A DNA stretch of 45,988 bases. Source: a virus. Lineage: Duplodnaviria > Caudoviricetes. The DNA lies in the IMG/VR virus record IMGVR_UViG_3300034147_000018, positions 1-45,988 of that record, one strand, 5' to 3'. Positions 27,894-37,384 of the stretch are shown here, one piece after another. Under the pieces are notes generated by a model that saw only the letters and a list, made by a program, of their open reading frames with translations, made no database searches and was not told the DNA's origin. The position numbers were made by a program, and so were the translations under genes. The stretch's first letter is position 1. Every line of letters starts with the position of its first letter.

Positions 27894-28118
27894 CTAGATC
27901 AGTCCGCCCTTTGCGATTGCATCCACACACATCATCTTCGCCTGAAGGATGTCCCTCAGAGCCGCTGATCTGTGTGCGCAATCGGGGACGTTCGTGATCA
28001 CTGTCCTTGCAAGCTCGACGAATCGTGCTGTCACTAGCTCGATAGTCGCCTTCTGCCCAGGATCAACAACCACTGGACCGAAAGCAGCCTCGACTGTATC
28101 TATGTCGATTCTTCCCAT
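27894..28118 (-). CDS. Acb2/Tad1-like helical hairpin protein (candidate immune-signal sponge)
   Basis: GGGAGG RBS, ATG 28118; F...Q...LA...VPDCAHRSAALRDILQAKMMCVDAIA pattern. Confidence 0.6.
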   Translation of the reverse strand: MGRIDIDTVEAAFGPVVVDPGQKATIELVTARFVELARTVITNVPDCAHRSAALRDILQAKMMCVDAIAKGGLI

Positions 28119-28152
28119 GACCCCTCCCGAAAAGTGTTCGCCGGGTGAACGG

Positions 28153-28887
28153 TTATGCCTTCGAGCTTGGAGTCTTAGGCTCGGGCAACTTGAAATCTGC
28201 TTCCAGAGAAGAAGCAGACTTTGAGGGAACAACACCCATCGCCGCTTCCTTGTACTCCAGCTCGTATCTCCTGACGTCCTGAATCCCTCTGCAGTGACGA
28301 CAGATGATGGCATCGGAATCGATCTCGCCACGGCAATACTTGCACTTCGACATAGCGAGATGCTCTGTGACTTCTCTATCTGTATCCCACACCTTTTTTA
28401 GCCCGAGAAAACCACAGGCCAATCTCTGAAGTGGGGAGATCACTCGGTGCGTTTTGTAGACTTGGTAGTCATCGTCCGCCGCATCAACCAGACGCTTGAA
28501 CCACTCAATCTGCATGATGCGAGCGCGGTCGAGTTCCGGTCCCACCTTCGCTCCAACATCAGCCCGATTGATGATCCCGAACTTCCAGAACAGCCCCGGC
28601 TCCGATACGCCAGCCTCATAGTAGGACAGCGAAATCTTGAGGTCTCGACAGATCGAAGCAGCGACCGTATCGCTCGGTGTCGGCACGATCAGCGCGGGCC
28701 TGTTCTCGTCGATGTAGACAGGGAACGTCGCGCGCACGACATGAAGCAACTCGAATCCCCTAGCCGGATCTTTCACAGCGGGGATATGATACTCGCCAGG
28801 AACCAGACCCGGCTTGAACTCGTTGACCTCAACCGGGAGAATTGAGATTACAGTCGATACGTCAGACACCAGTGATGATTGGTCCAT
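28153..28887 (-). CDS. Hypothetical protein with C-terminal Zn ribbon
   Basis: CKYC...CRHC; AGGAG RBS. Confidence 0.7.
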   Translation of the reverse strand: MDQSSLVSDVSTVISILPVEVNEFKPGLVPGEYHIPAVKDPARGFELLHVVRATFPVYIDENRPALIVPTPSDTVAASICRDLKISLSYYEAGVSEPGLFWKFGIINRADVGAKVGPELDRARIMQIEWFKRLVDAADDDYQVYKTHRVISPLQRLACGFLGLKKVWDTDREVTEHLAMSKCKYCRGEIDSDAIICRHCRGIQDVRRYELEYKEAAMGVVPSKSASSLEADFKLPEPKTPSSKA

Positions 28888-29506
28888 TTTCTGCTCCTGC
28901 CTTCTCTAGAGGAAAGGGATCTAGCTTCGACTCTTTATACTCCTGCGCGTATTTCAACTGGTTGCTGCTCACGAAGGCTCCATTGTCCCACACGAACAAT
29001 GGCGACCGCTCTCCCTCGCTTAGCTCGTTCACGAAGTAGTCAACTTCTTCCTTTTCTTCCTTCTCTTGCATCCGACGAGCTAGTTCAGGATCGACCTTAC
29101 GAGCCGGGCTATGCAGAGCTTGAAGGATGAACTGCACTACCTCGAAGTCTACAGGGAGAGGATTGTCCTTCGCATCCTTGAACGAGTAGACTGGCTCATA
29201 CGTCCCATTCTGTGCTGTCACTAGCTCAGAGACGATGTCTTTCAGCACTTCCGCATTAGCCATGAAGATGAGCTTCTCCAAGACCCAACACGGTGGCTTG
29301 ATATACCAATACTTCTTGATCTCCCTTACAGCCTCGTACTCGCGAATGAAAATCTTCCCGTACCAGTCAGAGAACTTACCTTTACGAATCTCCAACTGAT
29401 CATCGGACCAGACGAGTCTATAAATCGGTCTCCCATCGAGAACTCTGAAGTTCTGTCTGAGATACCCATTTATAGTCTCGACTTGTATGAGGTCTGTAAT
29501 GTGCAT
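28862..29506 (-). CDS. Hypothetical protein downstream of the capsid gene
   Basis: 3' part of ORF 28862..29848; likely ATG 29506. Confidence 0.65.
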   Translation of the reverse strand: MHITDLIQVETINGYLRQNFRVLDGRPIYRLVWSDDQLEIRKGKFSDWYGKIFIREYEAVREIKKYWYIKPPCWVLEKLIFMANAEVLKDIVSELVTAQNGTYEPVYSFKDAKDNPLPVDFEVVQFILQALHSPARKVDPELARRMQEKEEKEEVDYFVNELSEGERSPLFVWDNGAFVSSNQLKYAQEYKESKLDPFPLEKAGAENGPIITGV

Positions 29507-29548
29507 AAAGGGGGAGAGATGGAGGGACAGTCGGACTCCACCTCTCCC
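29507..29548 (-). terminator. Terminator hairpin after the major capsid gene
   Basis: GGGAGAGGTGGAG / CTCCATCTCTCCC stem then CCTTT on the - strand. Confidence 0.65.
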
Positions 29549-29567
29549 GAGCGACCGGAGATAAAGA

Positions 29568-30881
29568 TTAGTGAGTGTATCCGACCGGGATGGCCAGATC
29601 CGAGATGTAGCTGAGGCCAGGAGGCTGATTGACGAAGGTGTTGAATGAAGCAACGAGATAGAACAGTGTCGCCGCAGCAACACCACCCGATGCCCCACGC
29701 ACCTCGAACAGCCGCCGACCCTCTTCCTCGTAGAATCCGGCGGGGTGCATCTCGGCTCTGCCCCACACCTCGTTGACCACGAAGTCGATACGGGTCTTGT
29801 TCCAGTTGAAGTGCTTCCTGATACGAATGCCAGCGATCTGCTGGACATCGTAATACAGGTCCATCTTCTCGTTGGCAGTCGGCATCTTGTTGATCTGGGT
29901 CACGAGCTGACCGAGACCCTCATATGCCTGAGACTGGCAGGGATGCATCCACGCTTCGCACTTCAGACCGTTTTCCATGCCAAGCCGCTCCCCAATCTTG
30001 TTGAGAGCGCGGCGTGCATGGGTCAGTCCGAGAGCACCAGCAGCGTTGATACGATTGGCACGAACCTCAGGCCACGTTGCCCTGTCGAGTCCGAGCCATG
30101 CTCCAGTCGATGCGCTGTTGTGGTGATAGCCGACACCCAACAGGCCCACGGGGTTCGCACCTGAGAGACCAGAAGCAACGATCTTGTCGCCAGCCGTGAT
30201 GGTCGCGATTGCTCCACCAGCGATAGTGACAGTCCCTGCCTCGTGATCAATCGAGGTGATTCTACGCTCGTCCGCTGGCGTCTTGTGAGTAGCCAGGGTC
30301 GAGTTGTAGATGTTGACGTTGTGCCCGACGCGGAGGAGACGAGTTCCGAATCCATCCGTTGTCGAGGTCGTCAGCACATAGGGACCGGCGCCACCGACGA
30401 CACTGATTGTCGCCAAAACGCCATCACCATTCCCCATGCACTGCACGTCGATGGCCCGGCGGAACTCCTTCATCGAATTGGCGAGAAGGTGCTTCACCGA
30501 GTCCTGAACGGCCTTCCGAGCGTTGTCGGTAGACCATTGTGCTTTCTTGTGCCACTCAACGGCATACTTGAAGTTTACCGTTGTGATGGTGCCCTTCTCG
30601 AAGGTCGGACCCTCGCCGCGTCCCATGTCCCCACCAGCCGTGTCGAAGTAGCCAAAGAGACCACCCGGCCTGATTTCCAGTGGGATACGCATGTCACGCG
30701 AGGAGACCTTTTCGACGGGTCGCTTTCCTATGTTGGCATAGAACTGCGAGTCCCTCTCGAACAGGACCGGGATCTTGGGCGATACGCGCTCAAGCTCGGT
30801 AGCCACGACCTGAGACTCGGTCTGGGCAAAGAAGTATCCTGATGGCGTCTGATGCCACGGATACAGATGTCCAGTTCTCAT
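29568..30881 (-). CDS. Major capsid protein
   Basis: about 437 aa after the scaffold, followed by a terminator; GAGGGG RBS before ATG 30881. Confidence 0.8.
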   Translation of the reverse strand: MRTGHLYPWHQTPSGYFFAQTESQVVATELERVSPKIPVLFERDSQFYANIGKRPVEKVSSRDMRIPLEIRPGGLFGYFDTAGGDMGRGEGPTFEKGTITTVNFKYAVEWHKKAQWSTDNARKAVQDSVKHLLANSMKEFRRAIDVQCMGNGDGVLATISVVGGAGPYVLTTSTTDGFGTRLLRVGHNVNIYNSTLATHKTPADERRITSIDHEAGTVTIAGGAIATITAGDKIVASGLSGANPVGLLGVGYHHNSASTGAWLGLDRATWPEVRANRINAAGALGLTHARRALNKIGERLGMENGLKCEAWMHPCQSQAYEGLGQLVTQINKMPTANEKMDLYYDVQQIAGIRIRKHFNWNKTRIDFVVNEVWGRAEMHPAGFYEEEGRRLFEVRGASGGVAAATLFYLVASFNTFVNQPPGLSYISDLAIPVGYTH

Positions 30882-30910
30882 GTCGTTTCCCCTCAAGGGC
30901 TATCCTACAG

Positions 30911-32194
30911 CTACGAGTCGAGAATGTCTTTGTCGGTCGTCTTGGCCCAATTGATTTTGGAGGGATCAGTTAACCCACGGCCCAGACGTCCAGACGCGCC
31001 ACCACCACTCGGAAACTGTCGCTTCTTGCCCTGTTGAACTTCCTCACGACCCTTACCAGGATTTCGAGCAGTAAGAGCCTCAGTCTTGAGACGATTTCTT
31101 ACACCGGGAGCGACGGCCTTAGCGCGATCCAGCCACGCGCGTCTGATTCTGGATTTTGAGCCATCGTCCCAACCGCTCTCTTGGGCACGTCTCCATAGCC
31201 CTTTGAGCGTCTGCTGAAAAGCCTTGTCCTTCAACAAGACTGAATCAATAGTCTGTTTCGCCTCTTTCACAATCGCCTTCTTCTCAAAAGGCGTCAGCCC
31301 GTCGAGCTTGTGATTGAGGATCTGATTGAGTTCAGTCGTCGCGCTAGTCTCGATCTCAGTCAATGCGCGTGAGAACTCCCGCTTCTCTGTCGCTTCCCGC
31401 TCCTCCTGAAGCTGAACCTCTGCCTCAGAAGGCTCATTCTTTTTCGTCCGCGACGGAAGCTGGTCTGGAACCTGTCCACCATTCGCCCACACGAAGTTCG
31501 CTATGTGGCGCGCGGCCAGGACAAGATTCTTGTCACCAATCTTCTGCCCATGCTGAGAAGCGAAGAAAACCAACTCCTGAATGATCGGCTCTGTGAGAGC
31601 CTGATAGCCTTCCTGCGACACCTCTCGCATTGCCTCACCAAAGCTCCCTGCGATCTTCTTGAGAGCTTGTGGTTGATTCTCTGCGATGGTCGCGAGGATC
31701 GTCCTCGGGTCTCCCTGACCAACAAGTGTACTCTCAAGGACATCGTACTCTTGAGCCTTTTGAGATGCGATGCTGGCTTCCTCTACGTCTGGAAAGACCT
31801 CTAGAAACTTGGGAGCAAGGAAGAACGCAGATCGAAGATTGGGGAAATCCTTGAAAAGGTCAGGATACTTGGCCTTGATATCCTTGAAAGAAGGCGAGAG
31901 ATTAGGCTCGGAAGACTTCTTCTCGTCATCCTCCTCGTCCTCATCTTCCTTCTCATCCTTCTCGTCATCTTTCTCCTCGTCATCTTCCTCGTCATCTTCC
32001 TTGTCTTTTCCACCCTTCTTGACCTTCTCGTCCCCATCCTCAGGCTCGTCGGAATCACCGTCGTCCTGATTGTCGTCGGCATCAGCATCAGGAGCATCAA
32101 GATCGGCAAGGTCCTGAGTGAGATCATCGACTTGATCTAAGCCACCCCCGGATGGGTCAGCGTCGGGAGATTGTAGAACGTGTTTGAGATACAT
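30911..32194 (-). CDS. Capsid scaffolding protein
   Basis: acidic low-complexity N-terminus, helical body, between portal and capsid. Confidence 0.75.
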   Translation of the reverse strand: MYLKHVLQSPDADPSGGGLDQVDDLTQDLADLDAPDADADDNQDDGDSDEPEDGDEKVKKGGKDKEDDEEDDEEKDDEKDEKEDEDEEDDEKKSSEPNLSPSFKDIKAKYPDLFKDFPNLRSAFFLAPKFLEVFPDVEEASIASQKAQEYDVLESTLVGQGDPRTILATIAENQPQALKKIAGSFGEAMREVSQEGYQALTEPIIQELVFFASQHGQKIGDKNLVLAARHIANFVWANGGQVPDQLPSRTKKNEPSEAEVQLQEEREATEKREFSRALTEIETSATTELNQILNHKLDGLTPFEKKAIVKEAKQTIDSVLLKDKAFQQTLKGLWRRAQESGWDDGSKSRIRRAWLDRAKAVAPGVRNRLKTEALTARNPGKGREEVQQGKKRQFPSGGGASGRLGRGLTDPSKINWAKTTDKDILDS

Positions 32195-32203
32195 CAGCTA
32201 CTC

Positions 32204-34528
32204 CTATGCTACAGGTTCAGGTTCAAGACCTTCTTCGCTAACTTCTTCCTCTCCCTCAGCCTCTTTCTCGTCCGCTTCCTGCTCCAAAACCTGAAGGAAG
32301 AAAGCGTGCTCCCTGAAATGCGCCTCTACATTTGCGCGTCCATCAGGATTGGTCTGCATAGAATCAAGCCCAACCTCAGACTTCAGCCAAGCCTTACAAA
32401 TCTCGGCCTCGATGAAGTGATTGTCTATGTCCCCCTGAACTGGAACCGAGGAAACAATCCCTCTCGGATTCATCTCAGACGGCATGACAGGGAATGGCTG
32501 CTCTCTCAGGAGCTTGGCAATCTCAATGAGCTGCTTGTTCCTGTCGTCATCGCCTGGGATGTAAAGTTCCCCGACACCAATGATAGATGCAATCATGCTG
32601 GCATTTTCTGGATGCCGTATGACTGTGTTGATGTCCTCGTTGCCCATCTGGAGGAGGCTGAGGATAGCATCACGCTTCTGTGCCCATGAGATTGGGAAAG
32701 CCTCGGAGACTTCAGGAGATACTTCACCAGTTTCTCCCGTAAACTCCTCACGACGTATCCAAGCATTGATAAAGCCGCTACCTTTACCCTGAACATACTG
32801 AGTGTCCTCGCGCATGTTCTTGATATAGCTCTCAACGGCCTTACCGAGAGAAGCAACCCACCACTCCTGAACGACTGTCCACGTAGTCGTGAGCCTCTGG
32901 AGCGCGGCTGCTCGTGAGAGTTCGTATTCTCGTGCCGTTCCACCACCGCCTTGCTGAACTCCACCGAAAATCGAGGGATACGTGCCCTGCACGAACTGAC
33001 CGAACTTCTCGATTCTGGTCTGAAAGGAATCCAACTCCCGAGACATAGTGGATGCCTTCATCTCGAAGAATCCAGAGCTCAGGTTCTGTCCCGCCGGCGC
33101 GCGTGCCTCTGAAACTTGACCAGGACGAGCCTCGTTGCGCTTGTAAGAATCAAAATCCAGCACACCGGGATCAGCAAAAACTTCAGGAATCCCAAACTCC
33201 ACCGTCTCAAGCTCAAGATTCGTAAGCTCATTCGTGATGTCCTGAATCGGCACCATCGGAGCACCGATAGGCTCAGGATGTAGAGTCTCGGCGAGAGGGT
33301 GCTCGATGATTGTCCAATGATCGTCGAGCTTGTCCTGAAGAATCTCGACTACGAGGGAGTGATTGAGGATGACAGCGTAGACTCCCTCAGGATATTTCGC
33401 CTTGAGAGCCATAGCTTCCTCGCCAAGACCATCACCAATCAGGTTCAGCGCCCACGGACGGAGCCAAACTCTCTGAACAGTGACAAGATCACGAGGAAAA
33501 TCGTTTTTGTAGGCGCTCGGAACCCGATACTCCTTGTCGTAAACGTCGGGATAGGAAGAAGATGTGATCTTGTCCGCGAACTCTGGATAAATGGACCTCA
33601 TCAGCCCTGCATTTTCCTCAGTCTCAAGGATTATGTAAGGCGTAGAGAACTGGTCACGGCACCAGTGAGGGAACTTGACATGCAAAGGACCGTAAATCTC
33701 AAGGCACTCACGGTTCTTCGGCTCGTCATGCTCACCTGAAACCTCTTGCTGAACGTCATCCATCTCCTCGAAGTCTGGAGTGACGAGACTCTGACAGTTC
33801 GGGCAGGTAACTGGAATCTGGTCAGGTGGCGGGACTGGATCTCCCTCTCTTACTTGAGCAGGAAGGCTAGGATCATCAAGAGGAGCACCACAAGCAGGGC
33901 ACGAGTAAGTGCGGTTAGTAACATTGACATCCTGATAGTCAGTTACTTTGGTCTTACCGAACCTGAAATCCGTCTTGTTCTCATTGTAGCAAGCCACTGA
34001 CCCCTCATTGTAGAGGAGAAACAGGGACTTCATGAGAAGAAGATGGGCCTTGTTCTGCCGCTGAATGAGCTCGGCTACTCTCGACTTCGCTTTGGCCGCC
34101 GTAACATCGTCAGCATCGTCGGCGTCAGCAGGAAAGAATCGGACTCGTGGAAGGCCCGCCGTAAGAGCACCAATGAAGATCTCGCCATGAGCCTTGTAGA
34201 CATTGACAACCTTCGCATAAATGCTAGGATCGATGTCCGACTGAGGATCCTCGGCGATGATGTCGGCAGGAGTTTTCCAGTCGTTTGCCAACTCATCCCA
34301 GGCGAGGTACTGATAACCGTTCCAGTAGTGATGATTCCGACGATACTTCCGAACCTCACTGAGTCTGACGAACTCCTCGGCGCGGTCCAGGTCTTTCACT
34401 AGGTTGAGAATGGAGTGGGCCTCATCAGTGTCGTAGATGGGCTTTTCTTCAGGCCCCTCTAGAACCTGCATGTCGGTCACTTCAGGACCTAGCGGTTCAG
34501 TCGGCTCTGGAATGATTGTTTCCATCAC
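32204..34528 (-). CDS. Portal protein (P22-like) with Zn-ribbon insertion
   Basis: 774 aa after terL; acidic C-terminus; CPAC...CPNC insert. Confidence 0.85.
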   Translation of the reverse strand: MMETIIPEPTEPLGPEVTDMQVLEGPEEKPIYDTDEAHSILNLVKDLDRAEEFVRLSEVRKYRRNHHYWNGYQYLAWDELANDWKTPADIIAEDPQSDIDPSIYAKVVNVYKAHGEIFIGALTAGLPRVRFFPADADDADDVTAAKAKSRVAELIQRQNKAHLLLMKSLFLLYNEGSVACYNENKTDFRFGKTKVTDYQDVNVTNRTYSCPACGAPLDDPSLPAQVREGDPVPPPDQIPVTCPNCQSLVTPDFEEMDDVQQEVSGEHDEPKNRECLEIYGPLHVKFPHWCRDQFSTPYIILETEENAGLMRSIYPEFADKITSSSYPDVYDKEYRVPSAYKNDFPRDLVTVQRVWLRPWALNLIGDGLGEEAMALKAKYPEGVYAVILNHSLVVEILQDKLDDHWTIIEHPLAETLHPEPIGAPMVPIQDITNELTNLELETVEFGIPEVFADPGVLDFDSYKRNEARPGQVSEARAPAGQNLSSGFFEMKASTMSRELDSFQTRIEKFGQFVQGTYPSIFGGVQQGGGGTAREYELSRAAALQRLTTTWTVVQEWWVASLGKAVESYIKNMREDTQYVQGKGSGFINAWIRREEFTGETGEVSPEVSEAFPISWAQKRDAILSLLQMGNEDINTVIRHPENASMIASIIGVGELYIPGDDDRNKQLIEIAKLLREQPFPVMPSEMNPRGIVSSVPVQGDIDNHFIEAEICKAWLKSEVGLDSMQTNPDGRANVEAHFREHAFFLQVLEQEADEKEAEGEEEVSEEGLEPEPVA

Positions 34529-34947
34529 TTCTTCTCGGCTACTACCTTCTTATCTTTCTTCTCTACCGACTCCCGAACAGTTCGCCAATACTCCTCACGA
34601 CGATCGTTCTCAAACGTCGCTCTAGCTTTACGCCAGTCAAATGAGCGACGGACGACAGGGGTAGTCTCTTCAGAACTGCTCGCTCGCTGTGGCTGGACAA
34701 GACCAAGACGAGAATCGACGATTTGGTCTTGTTTATGAAGCAGGCTATCCAACCGTGCTTCATTCCTCTTGACAGCTCCCTCGTAGGCGAGTTCGAGCTC
34801 ATTAAGTTGAGACCTGAAGGCGCCATTCTCTGCGCGCTGCCGTTCGAGTTCACTGTCGAGGCGGAAGATTTCATATCGCAACGCCTTCTTACCGAGGGCG
34901 AAAACGAAGTCGGCTCTGGAATCGAGTACCGGAGAATCTACCTGCAT
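34525..34947 (-). CDS. Coiled-coil hypothetical protein (start uncertain, 34881-34947)
   Basis: 3' part of ORF 34525..35139, coupled to the portal start. Confidence 0.5.
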   Translation of the reverse strand: MQVDSPVLDSRADFVFALGKKALRYEIFRLDSELERQRAENGAFRSQLNELELAYEGAVKRNEARLDSLLHKQDQIVDSRLGLVQPQRASSSEETTPVVRRSFDWRKARATFENDRREEYWRTVRESVEKKDKKVVAEKK

Positions 34948-36562
34948 GGCGCGCGACGGTTCCAGTCTGACCCCGAAACTTGGTGTCGAACGCGGCCATC
35001 TTTCGGTAGTAGGTATTCCAATCTTTCGTCCTATCGAACTCAGCCACGATTTGACCAAGCTCACCAAACTGCGCCGATCGCTTACTCGAGAGGTTGTAGT
35101 ATTCATGTATCGCCTTAATGAGATAACGTCCACCATCATAAGCGTCGTCGCCAGTGAACTCCGCTACATCCTCAGCCTTCTTGCCTTCCTTCTCGGCATA
35201 GACACAGGCTGGAATCGTTTTCCTGAACTCATCGCAACTCTTGGTGACCTGGAGCTGAGGGAGGTTAGTCTCTGCTACCTCTGGCTCAAACAGATCACAG
35301 TATTCCTTGTAGGCGTCGATTCCTTTGTTACGAAGAATCCTCAGCCCGATTTCCTCATCGTAACCCGACTCCGGAGTAAAGCTCGCTGGTCTGGGCTTCC
35401 ATCTCAGATACTCATGCATCAGTAACTTGCCACCGATGCGGTCGTTATCAGCCTTCTGGAAAGGAAGCCCTGTCGCTTCAATCACCTGCTCGGCTATAGT
35501 CTTTGACTCTCCTCTACGACCCCATGCCGAAGGATCTAGGACGCATGATACAACAGCATCTCTCTCGCCCTCGGTGAGTCTTGCAACATCAGCGCCCCAC
35601 ACGGCGATATCAGTCTTAGACCAGACTCTCTCACGATAAAGAATGGCTCGTTTATCTGGAGCAGCAGCAGCCCATCCAACCCAAGTCTGTCCTGGGTGAT
35701 AGCCCCAATCACAAGCGATGATTCGGGGCATCCATTGAGGAGGAACGAAGTCATCGATGACGTGGCAGGCATTAGTCGGTTCATCAGGGAATCTAGATCC
35801 AAAGAATGGATCTCTCCACTCGGTGAATACTTGACCCGCGAAGACCCACCAATCACCATAGATTTTAGCTCTCTGCTCTGCAAGTGGTAGAAGGCGAAGC
35901 CTCTTTAGATACCCGGGGTCCTTCTTGAGTAGGAACGGATTGTCGGTGAGAAGCGCCTTGATGAAGATGCGCTTCGTGTCGGACTCAAGATGATGGATGA
36001 TAGTCCCACCATTAGGAGCAGGTTCGATAAAGCGTTGCCGAACCCAGAGGTGCCCGATGTTGCCAGGATTAGTAGCACTACGGACAATAGGAGGGATGCC
36101 AGGAATGAGACTACGCACACGAGAGGTAAGGTAAGTGTATCGAAACTCGTTGAAAGCAGTAAGCTCATCGAATCCGACGTACTGATACTCGTTTGTGTCG
36201 TGGTCTCGGGCGTCGTTGTCGTTCTCCAAGTAGGAGAATCGTATAACAGCTCCGGACGGGAACGTGCAGACATGTTTGGTTCCGTCGTAATGTGCCCCCA
36301 ACATTTTGTAAATGGGGACAGCCCGCATGATAAGAGACGCTTCCAACTGAGGAAAGGTCTCTCTGAAAAGAACTCCGTGGAATCCAGCAACTTCATGGAA
36401 TCCGTAAACGATCGGGAGCATGTAAAGTAGCTCTGACTTACCGCCACCTACAGCCCCACCGTAAAGAGCCTCGAAGATTGAGAACGGGAGTTGGATATAC
36501 TCGACTTGCTTCTCGTGCGGCTCCCAGACCCGCGAGTAACGATCCAGGTCCGCGATAGGCAC
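34889..36562 (-). CDS. terL: Terminase large subunit
   Basis: PHEKQ, GGAVGGGKS Walker A, FDELT Walker B, ATNPG, DWG and DDAYD nuclease motifs. Confidence 0.95.
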   Translation of the reverse strand: MPIADLDRYSRVWEPHEKQVEYIQLPFSIFEALYGGAVGGGKSELLYMLPIVYGFHEVAGFHGVLFRETFPQLEASLIMRAVPIYKMLGAHYDGTKHVCTFPSGAVIRFSYLENDNDARDHDTNEYQYVGFDELTAFNEFRYTYLTSRVRSLIPGIPPIVRSATNPGNIGHLWVRQRFIEPAPNGGTIIHHLESDTKRIFIKALLTDNPFLLKKDPGYLKRLRLLPLAEQRAKIYGDWWVFAGQVFTEWRDPFFGSRFPDEPTNACHVIDDFVPPQWMPRIIACDWGYHPGQTWVGWAAAAPDKRAILYRERVWSKTDIAVWGADVARLTEGERDAVVSCVLDPSAWGRRGESKTIAEQVIEATGLPFQKADNDRIGGKLLMHEYLRWKPRPASFTPESGYDEEIGLRILRNKGIDAYKEYCDLFEPEVAETNLPQLQVTKSCDEFRKTIPACVYAEKEGKKAEDVAEFTGDDAYDGGRYLIKAIHEYYNLSSKRSAQFGELGQIVAEFDRTKDWNTYYRKMAAFDTKFRGQTGTVARHAGRFSGTRFQSRLRFRPR

Positions 36563-36861
36563 TAGCTGACTCGACTAGGTGCGCTTACTTCCTTATCGAG
36601 TATGTTCATGCGAAAGTAGGTTATCGCAGAACCCAGAGCATCTAAGATGGAAGATTCGGTAGGAAAGTGTACGAGGGTGCAAGTCTTGAAGGTCTCATTG
36701 TGGAGATAGAAGGCGAAGGAGTTGAGCTTGAGAGATCCATCTGCCTCTCGCACCTCAAAGAGAGCTTTACCGTCCACTTCGTAGAGTTGAAAGTCCGGTG
36801 GCAGATTATAGCTCGCGTAGTTCCTGAGCGCGGCGTTGAGAGATGCTAGGTCAACACGCAT
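36562..36861 (-). CDS. Hypothetical protein
   Basis: ORF coupled on both sides. Confidence 0.6.
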   Translation of the reverse strand: MRVDLASLNAALRNYASYNLPPDFQLYEVDGKALFEVREADGSLKLNSFAFYLHNETFKTCTLVHFPTESSILDALGSAITYFRMNILDKEVSAPSRVS

Positions 36862-36941
36862 CAGAGTTTACCAACAGCGAAAGAGACTAAGACCAGAAAC
36901 ACCACAACGAGTACGAGAGTAAAGAAGATATCAGCTGTCAT
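36861..36941 (-). CDS. Tiny single-TM peptide (26 aa, MTADIFFTLVLVVVFLVLVSFAVGKL)
   Basis: fills the gap, TGATG coupling; not in the ORF track. Confidence 0.5.
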   Translation of the reverse strand: MTADIFFTLVLVVVFLVLVSFAVGKL

Positions 36942-36950
36942 GAGTCGTGC

Positions 36951-37193
36951 CTAGAAGCCTCGCATCCTGTTGCCGATATCGGCAATCGCTGGTCTCATGG
37001 CGGGCTTCTTTTTGCGACCGAATCCCATCTGGTTGCCGAGATTCTTCACGGCTGGTCTCATGCTGCGCCGCGGAGTCCCCGTGCTGACATCCGAGTTCCG
37101 CTTCATCCTGTCGGCCACTCCAGGCACAGCAGATGCGACGCTCGGACTTTTCATCGCATCGCTCAGTGACCTGAAAGCATTGCTGAAAGCCAT
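36951..37193 (-). CDS. Small basic Arg/Met-rich protein
   Basis: AGGGAG RBS. Confidence 0.6.
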   Translation of the reverse strand: MAFSNAFRSLSDAMKSPSVASAVPGVADRMKRNSDVSTGTPRRSMRPAVKNLGNQMGFGRKKKPAMRPAIADIGNRMRGF

Positions 37194-37229
37194 ACGTTCT
37201 CTCCCTAGCGCAGATGCGCTCGTTTCCGA

Positions 37230-37340
37230 TTAGCGAAGAAGCCGAGATGCGACCCACGCTCCGACTGTCCAGCCGAAGCCAGTGATAAGCCCGACGCAGA
37301 GCCAAACGGCGACTAAGTAGGCGGTGATCTGGGCTGGCAT
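37230..37340 (-). CDS. Small membrane peptide (36 aa, MPAQITAYLVAVWLCVGLITGFGWTVGAWVASRLLR)
   Basis: AAAGGA RBS; hydrophobic; not in the ORF track. Confidence 0.6.
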   Translation of the reverse strand: MPAQITAYLVAVWLCVGLITGFGWTVGAWVASRLLR

Positions 37341-37384
37341 CTCGTTTTCCTTTCTTCTGAACTAGCTCGCTTGTGAACTAGCTC

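Noticed and set aside
28862-29848. Downstream reading frame stays open into the capsid 3' end (possible frameshift-extended capsid)
   Set aside because: No slippery sequence seen, the extension runs through a terminator hairpin and does not look protein-like; ATG 29506 is sufficient
31920-32090. TCN/TCC trinucleotide-like repeats and poly-Ser antisense ORFs
   Set aside because: They reflect the acidic D/E tract of the scaffold protein; the same applies at 5760-5860
34889-35139. Long overlap of ORF 34525..35139 with terL
   Set aside because: Plausible later starts (34947 ATG, 34881 TTG) remove most of the overlap
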